A DNA stretch of 59,508 nt, counting the filler, from Thelocarpon superellum (taxonomy: Eukaryota): NCBI GenBank assembly GCA_026025795.1. It is 2 parts of 2 records of this genome, joined end to end, with 100 filler letters (N's around TTAATTAATTAA, not from the genome) between each part and the next. Parts side by side here need not be neighbours in the genome. Positions count along the whole stretch, not along the records: positions 1 to 29,752 come from JAPEUG010000213.1; 1 more part is not named here. One strand, 5' to 3'. Shown in pieces: positions 1 to 11,040 of the stretch. Below the pieces are notes generated by a model. That model worked only from the letters and a program-made list of their open reading frames with translations. It did not search any database and was not told the DNA's origin. Numbering within the stretch: the first letter of the stretch is position 1; every line of letters begins with the position of its first letter. The position numbers and the translations under genes are program-made.

Positions 1-529
1 AAGAGGAAGCAGGAGAGGGAAAAGACAACGACGACCGTGCAAAAGCCTTCTCTACTCTTCTCCTGGCCACGGATTGATAGAGGCGCGATTGCGGCGACGA
101 GTCCACCGCCGACCAGGACTGAATATTGCGCGTAGAGAATGAGGACAGCGTCGCGAAAGCATGCGACGAGAGATCCGAGACGGGCGCTGTTCCTGGGCCT
201 CGCGACACAAAGCCCGGTGCGAATTCGGGGTCGGGGCGTGGTGCTCCTAGTAGAGGATTTCGTGACGGGTGCAGAGGAGGTGAATGCCGTGTGGGGTGTG
301 GAGGCGGTGACGATGGACTCGGATCGAAATGAACTGTGGGTCGAGTCGTGGGCCGAGGCCGAGGCGCCACTGCAGGTGGAGCGGCCGAATGATACGATGG
401 CGCCTCAGACCGGTAGGAGGGTGCACTGCTGCGGATGGAGGCGCTGTCAGAGTCGGCATCTCGTGTCCGAGCCGTGTACAATGGTGGTGCCTCGGGCACC
501 GACGACGTCGGCGTGATGTTGCACGTCAT
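1..529 (-). CDS. Hypothetical Pro/Ser-rich fungal protein, 5' part (runs off the left edge)
   Basis: ATG at 529 opens a frame with no stop for 176 codons down to the window edge: MTCNITPTSSVPEAPPLYTARTRDADSDSASIRSSAPSYRSEAPSYHS...WSAVDSSPQSRLYQSVARRR. Absent from the ORF track because it has no stop inside the window. The SAPSY-x-SEAPSY and YQSVARRR blocks resemble hypothetical Pezizomycotina proteins (recollection only). Confidence 0.6.
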   Translation of the reverse strand, partial: MTCNITPTSSVPEAPPLYTARTRDADSDSASIRSSAPSYRSEAPSYHSAAPPAVAPRPRPTTRPTVHFDPSPSSPPPHPTRHSPPLHPSRNPLLGAPRPDPEFAPGFVSRGPGTAPVSDLSSHAFATLSSFSTRNIQSWSAVDSSPQSRLYQSVARRRVEKAFARSSLSFPSPASS

Positions 530-1310
530 GGTATAGAGGGAGTAGGGTGAATGGCGGGAGCGCTGGCGGGCCAGAGAGAGCCAGAGAGCGTGATGCTTGG
601 ATGCCGTCCGGATGGGGGAGATGGAGAGAAGAAGCAGTATCTAGACAGGTGCTCAGCCAGCCTGGGTCAGCATGCATGGAAGCCACAACGACGAGGCTGT
701 TGGACTTCGCCCAGAAGTGGGGTGGAGCCACAACTGCGGGACCGTTCCGTCATGGAAGCCGCAGCTACTCGTATTAGCTTGAGCACGCCGTCTGATTCGT
801 CGAGATCCATGGGCCTCCTATTCCTTGGCACTTGTTAGTCAGTTCATTCTTCACTCTTCGCGGACTACGAGTCAGTCGGCAAAAGATTACGATTTGTGCG
901 ACTGTGGCTCCGGCCTCCTCCGGGAGCGCCAGTATGAGCATACACATTGAGGCGGTGCACCTCTCGTCTTAGCGTCATCCCGGCTCGATATCACCGGCGT
1001 AAGCGAAACGAGAGCGACTGCTAGTATCGTCGTGCCTCCGCGGCTCCCAAGCATCAAGCGTAGGAAGGCGCCGAGATGAAAGATCGTCACGGCGCCTGGC
1101 GAGGAAAAGGGGGCCTGGCGATCACCTCGAGACAATGTGGCAACCAGGAGCCCGTCCGAATATGTAGAGACACGGGGGTCGGTGTGAAGGGTTCCTGGTG
1201 ATGGAGAAAGACTAACGAAGAGCCAAGGGGCGTCACATCATGGGAGAATAGTACCGAAGACGGGGGGACTCCGACTTTCCACGGTCTTCATCATTCTGCA
1301 TTCCATTCAT

Positions 1311-4110
1311 TTATTCGTCAATTCCGTCATCAGCACCCGCCCCATTGACCGCCTCGGTCCCATTCTCCTGCACATCCACCAACTTCTCCGTCGGTCCGTT
1401 CTTCTCCAGCTGCAGATATTGCTCCCAGTCGGGAAAGAGGTCATCGTCCGACCCTTCCACGCCCGGCGGGATCCCAATGGTCTTGGCCACCTTGCCCTTG
1501 CCCGCCTGCTCCAAGCTCTGCTTCCACTGGAGCGCCACCCCACCCGCCTTGGATGGGCTGTACGTCTGGGCGAAGAGGGCCGCTTCCGCATGTCGCTCCG
1601 CGTGGAGGAGCACCCCCAAGCATGCTCCGACGTCGTTCAGTTGCCAGTAGCACGCGAACGCAATGTTGGCCTGCCCCCCCGTTTCCGCCGCCGTGGCCAA
1701 GCCCCGGAGTTTGTCCGCGTCCGCCGACGAGCCGTAGATCATGAGGAGCGACGCCAGGTCCTTGGCGTGCGTGTAGCATTCCTCGGCCAGCGCCAAGTTC
1801 CATCCCTCGAGCGCCGCGTCCCCCACCGTCTTCCACTTGTGCTCCACGTTGGCCGTCCGCGCAATCTCCAGCGCCACGTCTAGCTTGTGCAGGCCCAGCG
1901 CCAGATCGAAGCGGTGCTCAGCATCCGTCGCCACGTCCAGAGCCATGTCCGGGTAGCCCTGACCCTCAAGAAAGCGCGCAATCTTGTTCTGCTGCTCCGC
2001 TGGAATGCTCTCCAACAGCTCCGCCGCCGCATCCATATCGCCCCGGAGCACGAGCGTCTGATATTCCACCACGGAAAGCGACAGGGCAAACGACACCACC
2101 TTGACGTCTTTGTCGGCCAGGTAGATACGCCCGTCGCGCGGCAGGTATCCGAGCACGTACATGGCCGTGTCAAAGTGTGAGATGGTGTACGTCTGGTCAC
2201 CCACCAGGTAGTTCAACCGGTTCGTGTCGTTCGTGTAGATGAAGCAATCCCCTACCCACTCGCCCGTTTGCACCCTATCACCGTCGATCATTAGCCACCC
2301 GTCATGCCACTCATCGCATGCGCTCTATCGACGGCACGCACTGTTCTTCGATCTCCGCCACCACGTCAAAGGCCGCCTCTACACCGTCCTCCGCAACTTG
2401 CTCCGAGTGGACCGCCTCGACGTACTTCTCGCGCGAGAAGCGGAGCACGTAGAAACTGCCGTCGCACGCGAGCGTGACGAGCTCGCCGCTCTCCGACCAA
2501 AAAACCTACCGCCATCGTTAGCATCGGGGCACGAGGAAGGGCGTCGGCGGCTCCTCACATGCTTCGGCTCGACCTCGATCCGGCGCACCAGCCCACCGGT
2601 CTCCCAGTCGAAGAAGCCGACACCGCCCTGACCCTTGACGCCGAGCAACACGCCGCCGCTCAGACCGTCGGCGAAGAAGCCCACGTCGAGGCTGCCGCTC
2701 TTCTCCTTGAAATTGCGGTAGATGCGTACGCTCGTGCCCGACTCGCGAATAGCGTAGTCGTTGCTGTTATCCTTTGATCCCCACACAAAGTCCAGCGCCG
2801 ACCCGAACGCCTTGTTGCGCCACGCCAGCGCGGTGTAGAGGATGTACTCGCCATCACCACACACGGCGACGAAGCGGCCGTTGGGCGAGTGCACCAGCGA
2901 TTGCGGGTAGATCTCGCACGAGCCGAGGTCCTTGGCCGGGAGACTGAGGGCTTCTCCATCTTTGATGCTCACGTCGCCGCCCTTGATCACGCTGGACAGG
3001 ATCTCGCTGTGTCGCGCCCAGATGAGCTTGCCCGAGTGGTCCATGGACACCGCCGGCTCTTCGCGTCCCATCTTGACGACGACGGCGCCATCGTCGAAGC
3101 CCATGGCGATGCCTTGCTTGCCACGCTGGTAGCTGACACACCACGCTCGCTCGAGGCCATAGCTGAGCGACTGCTCGAGCCGGTAGGTGTTGGCGTGCCA
3201 GATCTTGACGCTGCCATCTTCCGAGCCTGAGATGATGACGGGCAGCTCGGGATGGTAGCAGGCAAAGGATACGTTGCTGCTGTGGCCCTCGAGCGTGGCG
3301 ATCAAGGACTTGTTGGTGTAGTCCCAGATCTTGACGGTGCGGTCGTCCGAGGTCGTGAGGAGATAGGGCTTGTCCGATTGCGGATAGTAGTCCACGTGGT
3401 TGACGCCCTTGGTCTCGTGCGCCTCGAGGGTGAAGTTGGGCGTGCCCGCGCCAAGGCTCCAGATCTTGACCGTGCGGTCCAGGCAGGCCGAGGCGAAGGT
3501 GTTGGTGTCCTTGGGGTTGATAGCCAGGCCCATGACGTAGTGGCTGTGGCCCTCAAACACCTGCACGCACTTCCAATCCTTTTCCCAGTTCCAGAGCTTG
3601 ATCGTCATGTCGTCCGAAGCCGTCAGCACAAACGGCTGGGTCGGGTGCACCACGATGGCGCGGACGTAGTCCGGATGGGCCTCGAAGGCCGTGATGCGCT
3701 CCGAGGTGTTGTAATTGTGCACCCGCAGCTGGAAGTCATCCGAACCACACACAATCCAGTTGCGTCGGGCGATGAAGCGCCCCGCGCGGACCGGCACATC
3801 TGTGAGCTCAAAGGTCTTGACGATGGCCTGCGTCTCATAGGACCAGATGTAGACATGGCCACTGTAGAGCGTGGTCAGGATCCATGGCTCGACCGGGTGG
3901 AAGTCGATGCCCTTGACTCGCTCGGAGCGGGCAAACAGCTGTCTCTGCACCGAGAAGGCGTGGTCAGCACGAGTGTCGGGCCGGGCCCAGCCGGACGCGG
4001 GGGGAGGGTGGAGAGGACGATGCTCAAGCCAAGGCAACACACGCTTCGTCGCATCGATGAAGTGATTGGAATCGTGCTTCATGCTCTCGTACCTTGACGT
4101 CTAGCCGCAT
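1311..4110 (-). CDS. SEC27: Coatomer subunit beta' (COPI), WD40 plus alpha-solenoid
   Basis: Spliced start MRLDVK|RQLFARSERVKGIDFHPVEPWILTTLYSG, WD40 repeats, C-terminal GDCFIYTN...RLNYLVG and KIARFLEGQG. GT-AG introns at 3945-4092, 2506-2558 and 2275-2341 restore the frame. Confidence 0.97.
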
Positions 4111-4603
4111 CGTGACGATCCAGAGCTCGAGGCCGGTGCCTCAAATAACGAGGCGCTCGCTGCCCCCCAGGTCAGGTCTCGACGCTGACACACGGTCACG
4201 GAAAGTGAGATAAATTCGGCCCGCAGAGTTAAGGCACCAAAGGAGGGACGAGAAGGGACGAGGAGTGGAGAGGTCAGGTAAGGTGACTGTGCAATACAAG
4301 AATCCGGAGGTCCACGTCTGATGCAGGACCAATACGATTGCTAGGGCTCTCTTCGTTTGTGCATCTGGCAAGATCCGCCGTCAACTTTACCCGAGTCCAG
4401 TCGCCAGCCCCAGGGAGTGGAGTACTCCACCACGGTGAGCCCCACGATTCACTTGGAGAGGTATCTTCCCAAGTCGCGAGTCACGAGTTATGAATTGTCA
4501 TAATCTGGATAATTTTTCATCCATCTCCTCCGTCCTGACGCCGCAAGTCCTCCCGAACGCCCTTGGCTATTCAAACATGATAATCTTCGGCCATGCGGAC
4601 AAA

Positions 4604-6062
4604 TTAAAAATACCCGCTCTCCCGCCGGTCCGGCATGCCCGCGCGGGACTGTGCCACTCGATGCTCGTATGTCGAGGCCGAGAGACCGCCGGGCACGCTG
4701 CTCCGTTTCAAAGGGCTGCCGTCGCGCTTGACGGGACTCTTCGGTTGGGGAACATCACTACCGTGCGCCGACAAACTTACGCCCTTGTTCGGTCCACAGT
4801 GCTCTTGGGACAGCGGACGCGCAGCAAAGTTGGTCGAGGCCGCCTTGCGAAAAGGAGAGTGAGCATGGGAGAAGACGCCCAGGCTACCCCCATCGCCTCC
4901 GGTGCTGCCACGGAACTGAGGCGGCTTGATCACCGCCCGCCGGAGCGGCGTAGCCATCTCTTGCGTCGCACGAGGCGTCTGGAATGCCGCCGTGGGGTCC
5001 GTAGGTGTCGTTCGCGATTGTGATGGCCGCACCGTCGTCCTCTGTCGGTAAAGATCGGTATGTGCAGCGTAATTTGGGTTGGGATTCGTCCGAAATCCCT
5101 TATTCACGATCGCCGTGGGCGTGTATGTCTCCACCAAACCGTGCGCCCCCTTCTCATCCACCCTGTACTGGATGCCCACGTCTCGCACCGGTACGGTGGT
5201 GCGCGGGTGTACGAACTTGACATCGTACTCGTGGAGCACTTCGCGGTGGATCACCGCGGTATCCTTGCTCTGTTGGCTATACGACGTTTGTAGGACCATC
5301 AGCTGCGTCGACAGAAGCACCCCCAGCACCATGGTCGTCAGAACCGTGGTGCTCGGCCGGGGATCAGATGGTAGCGTAGGGAGAAAGAGCCAGTAGACCA
5401 GCACATGTCCCGGGCTGAACAGGCAGAAGATGCGGAGACAGAGCGGCAAAGGATCCCACACCGCCAGCTCCCACACGTCCCGCGCCGCGTCGGGATGGGC
5501 CCGCGATTCGGCTGCTGTGGCAGCAATCATGCTGGACAGGAAGCGTAATGGAGACGATGACATGGGCGAGCTCTGCACATGCACCCGGTGCGCCGATGGC
5601 GTACTCGGCGGTGCCTCGACCGATTTCTCGAAGAGACGGTAATATCGCGTGCGATAGAAGGTGTAGATGGCATTGAGCAGCGAGACGAGGGTGAGGAGGT
5701 GCACGACAAAGGAGGCCTACCGCGTCAACATGACGGTCAGCAATCATGCCATCATACCATCATTCAAACACCCGACTTCGACCCGGGGAGAGACTCACAA
5801 ACCAACCCCACCACGACAGCCCGCTCGTCTCGTCGCCAAAGACATCATCCACCGGTCCTTTCCCGCCTAGACCGCCGCTATTCGCCCGCGCAATCAAGAA
5901 GAACAGGTTCAGGGAGAGCCCGAGCGGTGTCGCATAGCGTCGTTGGAATTCATCCCAGTCGTTGGAGTCCACCTCCTCTGACAGCCAGAGGAGAAAATCG
6001 AGGGGGTTGAGATAGGCCGTGACGCGCTCGAGCCACGGCCGTCGTCGTACTATACGCGGCAT
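4604..6062 (-). CDS. Nuclear rim protein Nur1/Mug154-like (DUF2418) membrane protein
   Basis: MPRIVRRRPWLERVTAYLNPLDFLLWLSEE, R-x-YRLFE, VWELAVWDP, FCLFSPGH and EVLHEYDVKFVHPR motifs; one intron at about 5717-5798. Confidence 0.85.
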
Positions 6063-6406
6063 GGCATCGGCGCGAGGTTACGATGAGGGGGTTGGGCGGA
6101 AGTGTTCGTTGTTTACTTGGTCAATGGAGATACTCCGCTGTATCTTGCCGGCAGGTACCTGTGCGGCTGGAACTCAGGATCTTGTCAGCGCTTTAGAGTA
6201 AGTTAAGAAGGTCCCCGTCTGGCAGAAAGGACATCCGCTTAACTGGACCGAACCTTAAGGTGCCGCCCAGTTAGGGCGAATGGCTCCTGGCGGGGCCGCT
6301 CGGCTAAGGCCACTTGAGCCCATTACTCGTACGCCAGCATCACCAGCTTGAAAACAGGCGCCCAATAGCTCTGATCGAGTCTTCGGCCTCCAAGACGACC
6401 TGGAAA

Positions 6407-6963
6407 ATGGCGGCTCCTCCGTCGACTTACAAAGACCGACAGTTCTTGGCGGTCATCGGCGATGAGGTGAGTACGAGCTAATCGTACGAGACCCCAAAGT
6501 CCTCCGTCGCTCACCAACGACTCCAGGATACCGTGACTGGCTTGTTACTTGCTGGAGTTGGGGTTTGACATCCGCCGCAGCCGTGGAAGCTCCCACGCTG
6601 ACGGTGAGGGTTTCAGCATGTCACCGCACCGCCAGACTCGCAGCGGAACTTCTTGGTTGTGGATTCCAAGACAGAGAAATCTGTCATCGAACATACCTTC
6701 GACCGCTTCACCAACGAACGAAAGGATATTGGCATTTTGCTGATCAACCAGCACGTATGGCCTGTCACTCCCGTGTTAGTCACGAGTGTTTTGCCAACTC
6801 TCTCACCACCCTGTGCACATAGGTTGCAGAGCGGATCAGACACCGTGTCGACTCCTACACCGCCGCCTTCCCCGCCCTCCTGGAGATCCCGTCCAAAGAC
6901 CATCCCTACGATCCCGAGAAAGACAGCGTGCTAAGACGTGTGCGGAGACTCTTCGGCGAATGA
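6407..6963 (+). CDS. VMA7: V-type ATPase V1 subunit F
   Basis: [32 protein letters not shown]...[56 protein letters not shown]; two GT-AG introns. Confidence 0.97.
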
Positions 6964-7169
6964 AGGACACGGAGGAAGACCTCGTGTCAAGCTAGGGGGC
7001 GGTAGATCATATATACAAGTAAGATACTCGCCACCGTTGCTCCGCGGTTTTTACAATTGCCTCGCGAGAACGACCCTTAGAGCACGAAAGACTGGCAATA
7101 TCACGGCAAAGACATGGAGGGCTTGCCGCTCCATTGTGAAAGTGCACGCGATCCGTCCACCTGAAAGCA

Positions 7170-7801
7170 TTAAGACCCTCTCGGAAAGGTCACCTCTGCC
7201 GTTAGGCAGGTGATCTTCTCGTCGTCCACCGTGTACACGTCGGCGAGCACGGTATATTTGCCCTAGGATCGCTGAATCAGTGTGCATCCCAGGAAATAGA
7301 CTCTGATCACAAGTCGCACCGGAGGCACCTCTTTCGGGATCTCGACCGTCTTGGTGAGGAGAGTCTCGCCCTTCTTGATCGGGCACTTCAAGTCGACCTG
7401 CTCCACCTGCGAGCACAGGTCTGCCTTGGTATTGACCAGCCGGATGAGGCCATATTTCACTTGTAGATTGACGTAGGCCCCTTCTTCGACATCCTTCTTA
7501 AATATGCCCGCAGCTTCGATCGAGAGGTTCTGCCCTCTGCTTCGCCGTCAGCATCTGCGGATGTCAGGCGGACCAGCCGGGTTACCTACGGAACGGGGGG
7601 GTTCGGTGAAAGGTTGACATGTTCAATCACGAGGATGTCATCGTCACTCTGACGACAGTATTGTAGGGGCGAATCGCCTGGGACATCGAGCTTGTCATCG
7701 ATCCCGTGGAGCGTCTGTTGACTCCCAAAGAACGGCAGCGTCTCTGAGGCGACCTGGCAGGCAGCGAGTGCCCAGACGACGGCGGTGAGCAGCTGCATCA
7801 T
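7170..7801 (-). CDS. NPC2: ML-domain phosphatidylglycerol/phosphatidylinositol transfer protein (NPC2-like), secreted or vacuolar
   Basis: Signal peptide MMQLLTAVVWALAACQVAS, VPGDSPLQYC, VNLSPNPPVP|GQNL, VKYGLIRL, DLC...CP, IPKEVPP|GKYTV...ITCL; two introns. Confidence 0.93.
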
Positions 7802-10800
7802 CGGCTCCAGCGTCAGGCGAGCTGTTGAAGAGGGGAACAGTTGGTGGAAGCACGATAGGTTGGAAAGGGTGTTGTCGCCCGGCGGGACGCTGGTCCACAT
7901 GAATGACGGCCTGGCAGGTGATCAAAGTCGGGTTGGATGACTACTCGTTCTGATACTGACGTGGGGGCGGCTAGGTGGCTGGAGCGACCCTATCATTGGC
8001 AGTCTCGTTGCCACATGCTGACATAATCAATCTTCGCCATCGTCCTACGCAGCCCCGGATAAGTGTGCAGTACTTTGATCAATCTCTACGGCTCTTAGAT
8101 GCGCGAAAATGTGACCGGGTGCGGCGGCAGATCGTACCTTTTAGGACCCTCCTGTCCACAAAAACACAACAGGAAGTTGTCCGGGCGCTTGGGCTCGTCA
8201 TCGCTGGTGACGGACTCTTGTATCGAGGCGGCGCCAGCGTCTGCTGTATCATGCGAAGACTGGATGCTACGGAAGACCATAGCGCCTTCTTTCGCCAGCC
8301 TTGGCACGGCGGGTAAGCAATAGTGACGCATGTATATAATCGCTTCCTCCTCCCCACTACCCTTCTCTTTTTCTCCTCATACTTACCTTGTGACGATAGC
8401 GGTGATCATGAAGACCGTTTATCAGCTCGAGAGCCCTGCATTGCACAGCGCGGAGGCGATCGGACTCAAGTATCCTTCGGGGTCCTTGGTCGCGAAATTT
8501 TTTGACATGCTCTCAATTTTCATCGAGTCAGCGCCTTGTGCGATGCCACGAAGAAGAGACCAGGGTACATTGGCTTGAGATGTAGAACGCAATTTAAATA
8601 GAACCCCTCATTAGTGGACCAGATGCTATTGGACGTAACAGCATGCAGGCGGGAGTCAGTCGGCAGGCAGTAAGTACATCCGATATCTAGTGCTCGGAAA
8701 TGCTTCCAAGGATCCCAGTATATACTGGAGTTTCGTCTGAGTCATGTCACGGCCAGTTCTTGCATCAGTATCGAACGGCGGCGGCGGAGAGCGTTATCCA
8801 GGCTGAGAAGCAGGCGGCGTGATGCGATCGACGGATTGGCTATAGTCTCAACACTTGGACACCGGCATCCTTGTACCGTAAGCTCTGGACCATCCTCTTC
8901 CGGCGACGCCAAGGACCAACGCCGCTTTTACCATATTGGATTGAGCCACGATCTTTCACTCGCAAAGAGGCCGGTGTATCAATAGATCCATCGTCATCTG
9001 TCTTTGTGGTCTGCACGATGAATGCCAATCTACTTTGATCCGCTCCTAATACAACCTCCGACAACGACTGAATAAACCTCGCAGGATACCTACTCCTTCT
9101 GACTGCCGAGAAGCTATGAAGTGCGCCCGACGTTGGAGTGGCAATCCTCTTAAGGCGCCCCCGGACACACAGAGATGGCACCATCAACGTGCGAAGCGGC
9201 GATAAAGCCGCCCCCAGCCCCTCAACACGCTCAACTTTTCCACGATCCCGTGCACGGACGACGACCACTTGGGGACCTCATGCAAACCTTTACATCTTCC
9301 TCCCTGTCCACTCCATCTCTATTTTTCTATCCTCGAACGCTTACCTTTCACGGACCGGCGATTATCGGCCCATGCAAAGACAACCTCTTTTTTGCTCGCC
9401 GCTTGTGCGGTCTGAGTAATTACTCAGCTATTGGGGGGGGTTCCCCTGTTCCTAGTAGGTAGCGAGCAAACGCGGCCAAAAAATTTCGATGATTCGTTGC
9501 TTGCGGCTGTCGTGCGTGCTGAATGACCAGCGAGCGAGCTAGGCCGTACCGGGTCAACTAGCTCGGATTACAACGAATCAAGGCGACAGACGAACAGGCG
9601 AGTTGCAACCAAGGCCCGCTGGGGGTGGGAGAACCGTCGCCGGAGATGCTTGGCGCCTGATCAACACGACGCGAAGGACGAGCGACAGGTGCGGGTAGGG
9701 GCTGGGGGGGCATGGCTCAGCGTTGGGATTACCGCTCGTCCGCCCGCCTACTCACGAGTATACTTCGAGGACCACTACCTACGCGTCGCTTCGATCGCCG
9801 CTCATGGCCGGACGCTGAGGCAAGCGGACCCGCGCACCACGACATCTGCGGAGTCTGTCGAGGGCGAGCAGGACGCGAGGAGAATGGCCCGTCGAGAAAT
9901 ACAAGTCTCACTGACGCAGGTGAGAAGGCGGGGGAAGTATGGTACGAGTGCGACCGCTGCAAGGACGATGACCCGTACCGCGCTCGAGCGCCCGTCCGCG
10001 CCGTCACCCACGCTGCCTCTCTGACTACGGGGACCGACCGAAGTGGTGACCCGCCGAACGAGTCGTTACTCGTCCCGCATCGACCCCGGAGCCAGACGCG
10101 GTACGAGCGCTCGTACGGTGCAGGTAGTACTCGTCCCCGTACGAGCGACAGAGAGGCACGGGCTGGGCAGCAGGCGCAAAGGTAACTTTCAGTACCTCTG
10201 GAGCAGGCGTGGTACCCAGACGGCCGACGGGCCTCTGCCTACCTAGGACCCGTCTTGGACCTACCGTGGCTCCAAGCAAATCCAGGCCCGAATCCACGCT
10301 CATTTCTCCTCCTCACGCTCGCTCGTTTCGTCTCGACCCTCTCGCTCGCTCCGGCTCGCGCGCTCTCCTCGCCTTCGCACTCATACCCTCGCATTCTACC
10401 CACGCACCGCCCACCGATTCACTCACACCACCACCTCCTCTTCTTACCCTCCTTCTGTCCGCCCCCCTCCCTCCATCATCCACCTCTCTCCTCTCATACA
10501 CTCATCGTCGTCCAGCCTCCGTTGTACCTCACCCGTCACGTCGGCCCGCACACCTGCACGCCGTCGGTCCCTCGATCTCGATCTGTTCCTCCAGCGCGGC
10601 CGCAAACGGTGCAGGTTGCCTCATTGCGCTCGCCATTCGTTCTCGACCTTGCCACCCACCTCAACCTCCTCAGCGTGCCGTCCAATAACCTTGACGTCGC
10701 CGCCACCCTCTCTCACGGCCGTTACGATCCGACGTTCCTTTCTTCTCCCGCAGCCGAGATCGCCCTGCCTTCGCGCCGGCTTCGTCCGCCATCGCCTCCC

Positions 10801-11040
10801 AGGTCAGCCTTCCTCTTCAAGAGCTTCTTGCCAGTCGACCCATCCTAGCCGTGCGGGAGCCTGATCCTCGATGGCGACATCTTTCTGATCGCCGTCTAGA
10901 CAATCTCCCGCTGCTCGCATCGTCGGACGAAGCCCAGTCGCACGGTCCGGATGTTCGTCATGCGACCCCAACCACAAACCCATTGAATCCCGCTCCACCC
11001 TGATCGTTGAGAGAGCCGGATCAGGGCTGCCCGTCAGATT

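Noticed and set aside
8387..8512. Minus-strand exon-like stretch (EHVKKFRDQGPRRILESDRLRAVQCRALELINGLHDHRYRHK) ending in a GTAAGT donor
   Set aside because: The upstream acceptor is non-YAG, the downstream join hits a stop within about 10 codons, and no family is recognisable.
8715..8728. 14-bp palindrome CCAGTATATACTGG
   Set aside because: Several are expected by chance in a window this size.
9412..9427. Perfect 16-bp palindrome CTGAGTAATTACTCAG (two inverted AP-1/Yap-like TGAGTAA halves)
   Set aside because: About one 16-bp palindrome is expected by chance in 60 kb, and there is no clearly linked target gene.
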